Source: Podarcis melisellensis (lineage: Eukaryota). Taken from it: DNA of 64,000 bases. Positions 24,051 through 38,336 of this stretch are shown here, piece by piece. A program made the translations under genes and the position numbers. The stretch lies in NCBI GenBank assembly GCA_964234715.1, contig OZ174282.1; one strand, given 5' to 3'. The notes beneath the pieces were generated by a model. The model was not told where the DNA came from and made no database searches. It was given only the letters and a program-made list of their open reading frames with translations. Numbering within the stretch: the stretch's first letter is position 1; each line of letters starts with the position of its first letter.

Positions 24051-26750
24051 AAATAATAATCATGGCTCTACATCAGGTGTGGGGAACCTTTGGCCCTCCA
24101 GATATTTCTTAACTATAACTCCTACCAGCCCCAACAAGCATGGCCAATGACTAGGGATGATGGGAGCTGCAGCAACATCTGAAGGGCCAAAAGTTCCCCA
24201 CACTTGCCCTACAATTCTCCACCAAAGCTTTGCTGGGTAGGTTTCTGCTACCTGGACAGCATTTCTTCCTAAACTAGTTTCACAACCATCATGAAGTCTG
24301 TTTCCCCCATCCTTTCTAGCTTTAGAGACAACATTAATTTAGCCACAACAGAAGATTTACATTTCTGTCCAATTCCTGGGTTATTCAAATTTATGTCCCA
24401 TTCTGTGGACTCCATAGCCAGCCAGAATTCATTAGGAATTGTACTGCTGCAGCAAGATTCCATCGTGACCACCTGAGTTCTGGATAAAGGCATGGACAGG
24501 CCAGATGCCTTCTTTAAAAAACCATCCCTTGGGTTTTAGGAGACTTTTCAAGCTGGTCTTCAGTCTTGTCTTTATAGAAAACCATGTATTCAGAATAATC
24601 CCAGGTCTCCTTAGGGAGTGATAAAGGTAGAGAAGTAGAGCAGGAAATACGTAGAATGTATCCATGCTCTTTCAAAATTCTGTGTTCAATCAAGAAAACC
24701 CTCAGCTCTAACCATTTCAAAGTAAGTTCGTAAGCACAGCACAGAGTGTTAAAACATATCAAATTCCTCTTTCCTCATCTCCAACCTCCCACTGCCCCAT
24801 TCTGCTATTACCCCAGTCAGCACAACAAACTTGTTTATAAAGAGTTGCATTTTGAAGCTTTGGACCTCTACTGCTTCTCCTCCTCCCTGCCAATCCAGAC
24901 TTTCAAGGCTGAGGATAAAGGCCTTGGATGTTTTTCTTTCTTTCTCTATCTAAAATCTTTAGAACACTCTAAGCAACATGGGTGAGGGAGATCAAAGCTG
25001 TTTGGATACAGACACATAAGATGAAAACCAGAGGCCTCCCTTGTTGTTTCCACGGGGCTCTTGGAAGCTGGTTTGGCCCTTAGTACCTAGGGAAGCTGGG
25101 ACACTGTCAATGAACAAGAGACCAAGTGATTCAGTCACTTGGGAGAAAGGAAGCTGTTTTCTCAGGATAAGACATCAGAACTAAATAATTTCTCTCTGTG
25201 TCTCTGCTAAATATTTATTCAGTATTTGTACCCATTCCCACTCACCCTGATACACCTGAAAGTGCCATCAGAGGTCAAAACCAGTTGTCCTCACCTGCCT
25301 CTGGGTTTCTCTGCATTAAGAGTGGGAAAGCTTTTCCAGTCCCTGAGCCACATTCCCTTCTGAGCAATGTTGTGGGAACTGCAAGTTAGTGATGGACAGG
25401 GCTAGAGCAACAAATGTAAATGTACTTCTACACACATACACCTTTCTATGCTCTATACAGGCAGGCAAGTCATTATCAGAGTTCAAGGACACATCCCAGC
25501 CACACAAAAGCACTCAATGAGGGTGTGAAGGAAGAGCAGTGAGCAGGGTGGCCTGGGCAGAAAGGACATGACTAAAGAAGGAGTATGGCCTAGAGAGAGA
25601 GGCTTGGGCCCACATCTGGCCTCTGGGCCTGAGGGCCTCTACCCCTGCTATACACAATCAAGCTGTGAAATCTCATTGTGGGAACCCTCTATGAATTGCA
25701 GTCATTTGCAAGATAAGCTCTGGATGCATCAGGTTGAGCTTTATGCGTGGAGGGGGAATTATAAAAAATGATAGCAGCTTGCAATATGTTTTCATTATGG
25801 TGAGAATTTCAAAGCGCCTGCATTGAGAAGATCCAGCAGTGCATCTTGCTGCCTGGGTTATGTGTTTGTTTGTTTTTAAACCTAATCCGCTTCAGAGTTG
25901 AAAGAACCTACAGGTTCAAGTGGTGGGTCTAGAGTCATGCTTTCAAGTCATGAAACAGTCCAATGATAGGACAGGCATGTGACCACCTCGGGTGGCAGAT
26001 TATGGGCAACAATTAAGGATAGCAGACTGGCAGTGGCAGAGACACAAATCTGATCCAGGGGGCATAATTCACTGGGATGTTCTGAACAACCCTCATGAAA
26101 ATGAATGGAAGCCAAACGTCACTTCCTGACAAACTGTGCCTCAGATTAATCCATGTAAAGGGGTCTCTCTTGGGCCATTTGCTCCAGATACCAAAAACCT
26201 GCATTTCCTGTTATGATTCTAACCAATTTCTTGACCCTGCCTTACTGTATTCCTCCTCATATACAACTTTGGATATAGTTTGGTTCCTCACAGCCATTGC
26301 TCTTAATTTCTAAGCTCTTTTGCATACTCAAAAAAATAAAATAAAAATGTTTCACAGTTCTCACCTCATTTATCCTTACAGCAACCCACAAGGTAAGCTT
26401 AGCTGAAAGATAGTGACTAACCCACCACAGGGAGTTTCATAGCTGAGTAAGAATTTGAATGTCTTCCAGCCTCCTACCCCCCACTCTATCCAACAAACCA
26501 GCTTGCAAAAAAAGGCCTTCCCTTCATCAGGCAACATAGAACAAGAAAAGAAACAGCCCTGGTCACAAATGAACTTAGAGGGCTCCATTGGGAAGGGGCA
26601 CTGCCTGGGTGAGCTGCTTTTCTCTGTCTTACAGTAAGAACTAAGCTTTGAACTGGCAGGGCTTCCTAAAAGAATACACCACAACCTGGCAGAGAAAAGG
26701 AAGGATGATCCACTGGACAACACCAAGGAAAAGAAGGAGCAAATGGGCTA

Positions 26751-28340
<1,590 letters not shown>

Positions 28341-28889
28341 CTTTCACTTCCTTAGAGACAGGAGGCTAAAAAACCTCCAGCAGGCCAGAGAGAGATAGCA
28401 TCCAGAAAAAATGCATTTGGCAGGCTGCAATCTATCAGCCTATGAAGAGGGTAAAGATTTCTCAGGGAAACCAAGGGGGAGCTCTTGCCTTCCATAATGA
28501 TAGCCCAACACTAACCTGGCTTATTCATTCACAAGTGGCACTGATTTTGCTGGGAGAAGCAAGAGGCTATGCTTAGGATCCCACTCCTCACTTAATTTTG
28601 TTGCTGACAATACTTTCTTCTCTATTCTCCCATTCCACTTCTTAAATAAGCCTAATTTCCTGACTTGAAAACAACAGCCAGGGGCATACCTGGAGTTGTC
28701 CAGTTTGGCCCCTGCCAAAGACACAGGCCTAGGGGGGCACAAAAATCACACATCTCCACTTTGGCTTGGAGTGGCTAGGAGTCTGCTCGCCTGCCCATTC
28801 CCAGGGCACTTTAAATCATGAGCAGGACAACACAGGGAAGTATGTGCCACTCCTTCAGATACCTGGGTTCTAAGTCAGTGAAGGCATTA

Positions 28890-29241
28890 TAAAGGTAAAG
28901 GTACCCCCTGACTGTTAGGTCCAGTTGCGGATGACTCTGGGGTTGCGCGCTCATCTCGTTCTATAGTCCGAGGGAGCTGGTGTTTGTGCACAGACAGCTT
29001 CTGGGTCATGTGGCCAGCATGACTAAGCTGCTTCTGGCGAACCAGAGCAGCACACAGAAACACCGTTTACCTTCCTGCTGGAGTGGTACCTATTTATCTA
29101 CTTGCACTTTGACGTGCTTTCAAACTGCTAGGTGGGCAGGAGCTGGGACCGAACAATGGGAGCTCACTCCATTGTGAGGATTTGAACTGCCGACCTTCTG
29201 ATCGGCAAGCCCTAGGCTTTGTGGTTTAGACCACAGCGCCA
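28890..29241 (-). mobile_element. Sauria SINE
   Basis: AAAGGTAAAGGTACCCC tail, and body homologous to the copies at 8173, 23336 and 37050. Confidence 0.88.
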
Positions 29242-29244
29242 ATA

Positions 29245-29800
29245 GCATATAGTCAGCCAATGCAAACCTTTTTAGAATCAGTGTTATGTGGTCCCAAGAG
29301 GCTGAGACAGTTAACACTCTACAGCTGTATTTTCATCACCAGCAACCTCCAGACTGTCTTCTAAGGTGGACCCATGTAAGAGTGCAATACAGTAATCTAA
29401 CCAGGTGGTTACCAGAGCATGGGTTATTGTGGCAAGTCTGGCTCTGTCCAGGAACAGCCATAGCTGGTGAACCAGCCAGAGCTGAAAATAAGTGATCCAT
29501 GCCACTGAGATCACTTAGGCCTCTGGTGACAAAGCAGAATGCAGAAGTAAGCCCAAGCTATGCAGCTGGTCCTCCAGGAAAAGTGCAACCCATCCAGAGC
29601 ATGCCAGCTGCCAATTTTCCTGCACCTGGAAACCTCTGGCTAACAGCACCTTCATCGTGTTGGTGTTCAGGTTCAGTTCATGGCCTTCATTGTATATTGC
29701 TTTGTGACACCTCTGGTTGTGCAAAGGGATATAGAAACAGAATGAGCTAACAAAGTATCTGAACTCATCCAGACCATGACGTCCTCCAAGCACTTATCAA
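29245..29800 (-). mobile_element. Degenerate L2 LINE ORF2 fragment
   Basis: Reverse translation LATITHALVTTWLDYCIALLHG resembles the L2 motif HALVTSRLDYCNALY. Confidence 0.65.
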
Positions 29801-32017
29801 TCACCTCATTCAGATAACAAGGAGACACATAGTTGGGTAACATCAGGCTGATCATGACACTGGGCTCACACAACCCTGATGACCAAACCGGAAACTTATT
29901 TATATGGAATCAGGAAGTTCAGAATTGCCAACCTAGGCTGGCAGTGACTGTCCAAGGTCTCAGCCTGGGGACATTCCCAGCCCTACCTGGAGATGCTGGG
30001 GGTTGAACCCCGGACCTTCTTTCTGCAAAGATGGCTGTTCTTCCTCTGAGCAGTGGCCATTTCCCAGGAGCAGATTCACCCTGGCACCAGGCCTCCAACT
30101 TCCCACCTGTAAAGCTGCTCCAGGAGGACACCATGGTTAATGGTAGCAAAAGAATCTCCTGATCTAGTAACCCCAACTGACACCATAGGCAAAAACATCC
30201 ACTCATTTATATGTTCTACCAGCCACAGCATTTTATGAAGTCAGGGCTGGGGAACCTGCAGCCCTCCAGATGTTAGAACTCCATGTCCCATCAGCCCCAG
30301 CCAGCATGGCCAAGGATAAGGGATGGTGGGAACTGGAGTCCAACATCAGGAGGGCCACATGCTCCTGAACCCGGTATTAGGTGACAGTAGTTTTAAGACC
30401 AGTCACCAAGGGCAGCACTGTTGTTTTCTGGGACAGGTACTTGCACAAAGTTTGCAGGAGCAGATGTCCAGGCAAAAGGGGCACACCAGAGCAGTAAAAT
30501 AATGAGACATCTTTATGCAACAATTCTGAAATAAGGGACACTCATCCAGCATTACAGTTTCTCCACTGAGCCTATTCTTACTTGGGCGACTCTTTCTCTT
30601 TTTATATGGTGCTAATATGCAGAAGTTCCCTTCTCCTAATTCCTGTCACCCCATGCTGTGAAACAGCATGGAAACATTTTCTATAGCTGTGGCACCTTCC
30701 CATGGGTATGCTACTTTGTTTTAGGAGAATGGGGGGGGGGGGACTCGTGAGCCAGTGAGGCAGCAATGCTTCTGTGCTGTGTAATGTTTCTGGAAAACTA
30801 TTCCACTTCTGAGATATAGTGAAGGAGATTGCCTTTTTCACAGGTGCCACATGCTGAGTTGCTGTCTTCATCAAGCTATTTGCTTCAACCTCAATGTCTC
30901 ATTCCTGGTCAATCAGCACCAGTTTATACTCCATATGTGTATGTGTGAAATTAAGATTTATTTATTTACTTAAACTCAATATGCATCACTTGACACTTGT
31001 TTACATTGCATAATCATAATCTAATGGTCAACCACTTGCCAATTTCCGGGGAAAGGAAATAACTGCTTCTGGTGTTGGGTTTTCCCCTACATGTGGAGGA
31101 GTCAGAAAATGGCTGGATGCGCAGTTCAGAACACTTAAGTCAGAGGCACAGGCCCTGTAAACTTCCATACTTGCCACAAGCTTTATATTTGCGTCTGACT
31201 GTTCTCCATATCCATTAGAATGTCTCACAAGGGAACCACAAATTGCCCAAATGAGAGCAGCTTTGGTGCATCAGGGGAGAAGAAATGGGGAGGGGGCCTC
31301 ATTTTTTTTCTTACTTACTGTTAAATGTGTTTCATTAGGCAAGATTACGTAGCATAGATTTCCCTCCTTCCATTACAACCTTTTCTTATCACTTTGATCT
31401 GTTGCCCACCCCCCACCCACCCCAAATCAGCAGATTATTGAGCTATATTTCAGTCAGGACAGGATAGATGTTAGTACAGTTCCTTTGTAGATTCCAGCAT
31501 ACTGTATTGTCAATAATCTCTGCCAGGTTAATAAAGGTCAGGACCTGGGTTAACCGGAAAGAGAAATTCTTGCACGTGTTTGGCTCTAATTCCATTTTGC
31601 TAAGAGCTTTAGTGACAGTCAGGAAATGCTTTATACTTACTCCTGATGAAGGCATGGTGTTTGCATGCTTTGAACCAGGGGGAAATGTCCCCCCCTTTTA
31701 TTTGTGGAGGGGAAGAGCACAAAAGGGGCCTTTAATGGACACGTTAGCAGCCTGAGTGTCATAAATTAGTCCAATTACTTATTTGGGCAGAGCAACAGCA
31801 AAGTGCCCTTGCTGGCCACCAAATGTATCCCATTAACTTGGTTCGTACATAGTGTGTCTGTTTATCCAGTCAATTACTGCAAATCTGATCTTCCTTAGCC
31901 AGATAAAAATAGAGCCAGTTTCCACATCAAGAGGCTCAACTGCAGCAGCAAAAGAAAAGAGTTGATCTTGATCTGCAAAAGCACAGCAGCCAGCAAGCTT
32001 TCTGCTGGAAACTGGGC

Positions 32018-32019
<2 letters not shown>

Positions 32020-32065
<46 letters not shown>
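32020..32065 (+). repeat. (GT)n microsatellite
   Basis: Seen directly. Confidence 0.97.
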
Positions 32066-32071
<6 letters not shown>

Positions 32072-34640
32072 CTAGCATCGGGAAGAGCCGGGCTTTGGTT
32101 TGTCAATATAGCAGGACTCCCAAGATGATCTAGGGCAGCAGAAGTCTCCCCAAATGAGACAGACAGGGGAAATTAGGCAGCAGTATTAGATCTCTAAAGA
32201 AACAAACAAGTAAAAACCCCACACTGTGCAATATTAGAAAAGGCCAGAATGTTCAAAAAGAAACATTTTAACTATCCCGTGATAAAGTTGTGAGAATGCC
32301 TGTTGTAAGAAGAATCAGTATACAGTATTTATGACTGAATGAGTGATATTTTAAACAGATTATCTTGCATAAGCACCTGTTGAAACGTCTTTGGAGAAGA
32401 ATTAAGTAGCTGTTGGAGAAGCCTGCTCTATATGCATTGGTGTGTTATCATTTGAACCACAGGCTTGAACATGTCCCACCAGCAGAGCTTGACTCAGAAG
32501 GAGTGTCTTCAGAGGAGGCCAATTCACCAGGATCTGTGCTTCCCACCCTCAGCATGGGACCTGCAGTTTCATCTATGGAGAATCAGAGTTTACTCTGTGG
32601 GGGAACTTTGGCCGTCCAGATGTGGCTCAACCCCCAACACCCCCAGCAAGCATGATCAGTGGTCAGGGATGGTGGGAGCATCTGGTGGGCCAAAGGTTCC
32701 CCTCACCTGGTGTAAAGTCAACAGTGTAGGCTCTGGTTGCCAGCCCTAAGAGACTGTCCACCTGGAGAGGCTGCATAATGGGGGGGGGGATCTAATGCAT
32801 GCCAATGAGTGACACCTATTTGCTCTAAACAAATTACAGTTACAACCCACAACTTCAGCAGGTGAGAGCATGGGTCTATGCTAAAGCCCAGGCCAAAAGG
32901 TGCAGCATGTGGCTGGCTGCTCAACCTAAGTAGCCTCTAGATCAGGACCCTACAAATGCTGTGGGAAGAGAGTTAAGAACATAAGAACAGCCTTCTTGGG
33001 CAGGGCAATAGCCCGTCTAGTCCAGCATCCTGTTTTCACAGTGGCCACCCAAATGTCTGTAGGAGACCCTCAAGAAGCATCTGGGCACAAGAGTGCTCTC
33101 CTCTTCTGTGGTTTCCGGCAACTGGTATTCAGAATCTTTACTGCCTTCTGACCAGTGGTGGAGGCACAGCATAGCCATCATGGCTATCAGCCATAGGCAG
33201 TTATTTAGCTTTTCACTTGTTGCTTGGATGTTGCTGTTGCACAATTTGTTGCTTCTCGATTCCTGTCATAACTACCTAGCTGGACAGTTCCCCAGCTGCC
33301 TCAGCAACCTTTCTCTGAAATGTTCTATGTACTTTGTCCTGCTGGACAGCTCCCCTGCCTATGAGAGTTTGGAAAGCCACTGAATGCAATCCACCAAATG
33401 CAATTCATGCCAGGCCACCAAACCTGGGCAGTTTTACTGCCTGCCTGGGACGGCAAAAATGGGCAAGCACCCAGCAGGTCACAACACAATGTTAGGTGAG
33501 ATGAGGTGCCTTGGTGGGCTGCCAGTTGTACAGGTCTAAGGGAGGGGCTTGTGCATGCCTCCCCTTCATCTTGTACCTTATGAATTGTGGAATTGCACCC
33601 TAAACCAGACACTCCTCAAGGGTGAGACAGAAGCTACATTCTGCTAGTGGAGGCTGGTCCATTAGGATGAGTTGGAAACTGGGCCACTCATCTCAGTCTT
33701 CCCCCAGCCTGTCCTCACCTGCCTGCCCAGCTTCTTACTTACAACCACTCAGAGGGTGCCCCTGCCTGTCATTGGTTCTGGCTTCACTTCCACCTGCCTT
33801 CTGCCCTATCAGTTCCAATAGGCACCAGGCACCAGTACATTTTGCCATCAGTTGGTTGCACAAATATTACATTATTTTTTTGCTGGGCAAAATGAATGGA
33901 GAAGGGGAGCTGTGTCTCCTGCAAGCATCAGCTGCTGACCAATGCCATGGTCAAAAAGGGAGGGGCCCTTGACCCCCATGTGAAGCTGGCATGACGTATT
34001 GGAGGCAATCCATGCTGGAGAGGGCAAGGTAATGAAAGTGTTCCAGTTCTAACAAGGTTGCCAACACCTCAGTAATTTTATAGACTCTGTCCACTCTTTA
34101 CGGGGCTTTTCCCCGATTTGTTTACAGGGCAGTTATATGACAATGAGCCTTCATCCTGATTAACATGCAGAGTGCCTTCAGGTTACCTGTTAATTGTGCT
34201 CTCATCACATGCTTTTCAGGGCATTTCCCTGTAATTTTCCACACTGCAAAAACTCCAGTTGTTGTTGTTGTTAAAATGGATTTGTTGCACTCGGGTGACA
34301 GAGCCTTTTAGTCCATTTCAGTTGCGCAACCCTAAATGTCAGGTTTCTGCTTGAATCCCTCCCACAAAATGCTGACAATCTGAAAGCACCCTTAGGTTGC
34401 AATCCTGGGTCTGCTTACTCGAAATTAATCCCTGCCAAACTAACTAAGCTGCTAGGATCTTTTCTTGGGGGACAGGGTTAGTATTTCACATAGTTTATTC
34501 CTTCCCTTGATAATCAGTGTATTTAGAACAGAAGCTGCCTGCCACCCTCACACAAAACCCTGAAGAGAAACAAACACTGCTGATATCAATGGGCAGATCC
34601 ACACTTATACTTGACTTTCCCCGAAGAATCCTGGGAAGTG

Positions 34641-35457
34641 ATTTACTGGGCCAGAGACTTAGGATATAGCATAGATTTGGAAGATTGGCAAAAAATATGA
34701 AATGAAAATTTAAAGTTTACAGCATGCATTACGTTAAAAGAAAATGTGATGAAAATGGTTTATAGATGGTATATGACACCAGTTAAATTGGCAAAAATGT
34801 ACAAAACCTGTAACAAATGTTGGAAATGTAAAGAGAAAGAGGGTACATTTATTCATATGTGGTGGGAGTGCAAGAAAGTGAAGGGGTTCTGGGAAATGAT
34901 ATATAATGAGTTGAAGAAAATGCTGAAATATAGCTTTGTAAAGAAACCAGAAGCTTTCTTACTGGGAATAACTAAAAATCAAATAAATAAGAGAGACTGT
35001 AAACTTTTTCAGTATGCAATAACACCAGCGAGAATACTGTTTGCCCAAAAATGGTAACAAGAAGAATTACCGACTTTGGAAGATTGGAGAACAAAACTAA
35101 TAGACTATGCAGAACTGGACAAATTAACTGGGAAAATTAGACTTCAAAGAGACCACAAGTTTTTAGAGGACTGGGGAAAATTCAGAGAATATTTGAAAAC
35201 TGTATGTGAGGAACACACAACGCTAGTGTGCTTTAAAGAAGCTTTGTGGAAAAAAATAAGGAATATTGCAAGAATGTAAATGAGGATAAAAAAAATTATT
35301 TATAGGCGATACTACAATTAAGGAATGCAAGGATAGAAAATTAATTATGGATGATTGTCAGAGGAGTTGAGGGAAGTTCAATAAGTTAAAACATGTGATG
35401 TGATATGTGGTATGAACAGAGATGTTATGGAAAATTCAATAAAAAATTTATAAAAAA
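34641..35457 (+). mobile_element. 5'-truncated L1-clade LINE inserted in a MITE
   Basis: KMVYRWYMTP...CWKCKEKEGTFIHMWWEC motif; AATAAA plus A-tail; exact 17-bp TSD AAGAATCCTGGGAAGTG (34624-34640, 35458-35474). Confidence 0.9.
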
Positions 35458-35542
35458 AAGAATCCTGGGAAGTGTAGTTTGTTGAGGGTGCTGAGACTTG
35501 TAGCAGTGAGAGGGAAACTACAGTTCCCAGTGAAGTCATGTA

Positions 35543-35883
35543 TAGGCATACATACCTCACTTTGTTGCACTTCTCTTTATTGTGCTTCACAGATATTGCT
35601 CCTTGTGAGGACGCAGGTGCAGCTGCAGGCAGCCCAGCTGTTTCCAGGAAAAAACCCTGCTATTGCTTTCCCTCTTCTGGCCACAGGAGTGAAGCTGGTT
35701 AGGGTTGGAGCCAGGTTTTCCCCCTCCCACCCCTGCAGCTGGCCTGGCTTAATAGACTAGTGTAAACATAATTTTTATATGCACTGGGAAACGAAACAAA
35801 AAGTGTGTGACTTGCTTTATTGCGATATTTGCTTTACTGTGGTGGTCTGAAAATGGAACCGCAATATATCTGAGATATGCCTG
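35543..35883. mobile_element. Tigger1-like non-autonomous pogo element
   Basis: Left end AGGCATA..CCTC..TTGCACTTC.CTTTATTGTGCTTCACAGATATTGC and right end TGCACTGGGAAAC..TGTGTGACTTGCTTTATTGCGATATT..GGTCTG..GAACCGCAATATATCTGAGATATGCCTG resemble the Tigger1 termini as recalled. Confidence 0.75.
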
Positions 35884-37049
35884 CTCTTTAAACATTCATT
35901 GAATACGCTTTAAATGCATGCTGTGGATTTGCCAAGGTGACTTTTTTTCAGTTGAGCAAATGTCTAACGTGTAGGCCTGGTTTGCAAACATTGAGAATGT
36001 TCCTTTCATATGCCCAAGAACTGGACAGATTTCAGGACAGGCCATCTTGCTGCCCTGAGATCGTGAGTTCCCCACATACAGCCAATGAATCTGGATGTTA
36101 TTGCATTGCATTGCTTCTTTATCATAAATGCCATACATAGCCCTACTGAACTGCAAATGTGGAGTCCTAAATCTATGTTGCTGAGCTGGCTAATGGTCTG
36201 CATTCTCTCTTCTATTTCCCTCTTCCTTGTACTGAACAAAATCCAGGCCTATATTCCAAATGTCCCACCTTTTCCATGGGTTGGGAGGCAAACGAGCAGC
36301 TCTAGTGATCAGATAGGCCACAGAATCTTTGGAGAGTGACATATTCTACACCACCACCCTGTTCCCAGGCTTCCCCCGTCCTTGTTGCTTTTCAGAGCAG
36401 CAACTAAAATAGCAGTGTTTAAAAAGGTGTGGACTTGCCACAAGCATTGAGTGAGTCATCCCCACGTTGCTGGTAGGTCACTAAGGCAGCAAGGAGGAGG
36501 GGGTGGGGAACAGCTGAGCATCTGAACAGAGGTAGAATTTCACTGAATTTCCCTCTTGGGACAATAAAGGAAAATAGTGTTGTGCACACCCTGATCTCCA
36601 AGTGGTGAGCAGGTCCTGCACTTGCCCATGATTCGGTTTCCTAAGAATGAAATACAGCTGAGATTGTGGAGTCTTTAGGATATATGGCTTTATTTAGATG
36701 CATATAAATACAAACTGAGCAAAGGGTGGAGGAGATCACACAATTAACAAACCAGGAGATCTGGCTTCCCCATTGGATCTCCAGGGAAGCTCCAAGTGAT
36801 AGCTTTGGGTCCAGCACAAAGCAGTCAAGTCTCAGTGTATCCAGCTTTCAGCTTCAGCCAAATTCACACACAAAACTCAGGCTATTGTTCTTCTACCTTA
36901 TAAGGTGATGTTGCTTCTAGCTAGGTAATGGGTCCACAAGCAAACTTTTCTCCCCGCACACCTAGTAGAACAAGGCTGACTACCACCCATGGTCTCCCAC
37001 CATCCATACAGAAACTAAACCAATTTGTGTGATTGTATCTCAACCTCTA

Positions 37050-37390
37050 GGGACAAGGGTTAAACCACAGAGCCTAGGATTTGCTGATCAGAAGGTCTGC
37101 GGTTTGAATCACCGCGACGGGGTGAGCTCCCATTACTCAGTCCCAGCTCCTGCCAACCTAGCAGTTTGAAAGCACGCCAGTGCAAGTAGATAAATAGGTA
37201 CCGCTGTGGTGGGAAGGTAAACGGTGTTTCCGTGCGCTGCTCTGGTTCGCCAGAAGCGGCTTAGTCATGTTGGCCACATGACCCGGAAGCTGTACGCTGG
37301 CTCCCTCGGCCAATAAAGCGAGATGAGTGCCGCAACCCCAGAGCCGGCCACGACTGGACCTAATGGTCAGGGGTCCCTTTATCTTTACCT
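37050..37390 (+). mobile_element. Sauria SINE
   Basis: Body homologous to the other copies; CCCTTTATCTTTACCT tail; TSD TATCTCAAC(C/T)TCT. Confidence 0.9.
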
Positions 37391-38148
37391 TATCTCAACT
37401 TCTGGACCCCAAATTGTGACAGGTGCATACTAAGTGTATGGTGTGCAATGGTGGGAGATTCGGATCCAAACTGCTGCATTGAACTTTATTTTTTGCAGTT
37501 GAAATGAGATAGCTTGATTTCAATTCCCCCTGAGTCCTTAAGATAGGGGCACAAACATGATCTAGGACAATAAGCAACAAATTAATGAGAGGGGCTTCAG
37601 AAAAGTGAACTACGGGTCTTTGTGATAAATGGGAGATTTTATAGGAGTTTATATTTTGTTGATTTAATATCCCATCTTTTGTAACAAAAATGTTCACTGT
37701 GATTCATAGAGCTCATAGGGCTTTAAATGTTCTTCCCCATTGATCACTATGAAGCCAGGACATCTATTTCATTAGACAGGAACACTCTGACATTCATACA
37801 TGTGAGTTCATCACTCAGCCCTGTAGTATGATCAAGGGAAGACTTGGAAGACTTCTGTACATCGCCTCAAACACAATACATTTCAAAAGAGAATTCACAT
37901 GTTCCACTGTGACTCAATGAGTGACATCAAGTGATGAAATGCACCTGTGAATCCCCCACAGGAAGCATACAAATATTTGGGGTGAACAGCCAGAGGCCTC
38001 TGAAGATTTGTGAGACTTGGTGGAGGAGCACAGGGTACTTTTTGAGATAAAACTCTTTGCCAAGGAAACATGGGGGCCATAATTCTGTAAGGAAGTGAGG
38101 TCTCCCCAGCAATCAGCTTGCAGACCGTCTCTTGCAAAGCTCATTTTA

Positions 38149-38336
38149 NNNNNNNNNNNNNNNNNNNNNNNNNNNNNNNNNNNNNNNNNNNNNNNNNNNN
38201 NNNNNNNNNNNNNNNNNNNNNNNNNNNNNNNNNNNNNNNNNNNNNNNNNNNNNNNNNNNNNNNNNNNNNNNNNNNNNNNNNNNNNNNNNNNNNNNNNNNN
38301 NNNNNNNNNNNNNNNNNNNNNNNNNNNNNNNNNNNN
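38149..38336. other. Assembly gap (188 N)
   Basis: Run of N. Confidence 1.

Noticed and set aside
36610-37570. Solo LTR surrounding the Sauria SINE
   Set aside because: LTR-like composition, but termini and TSD could not be fixed.
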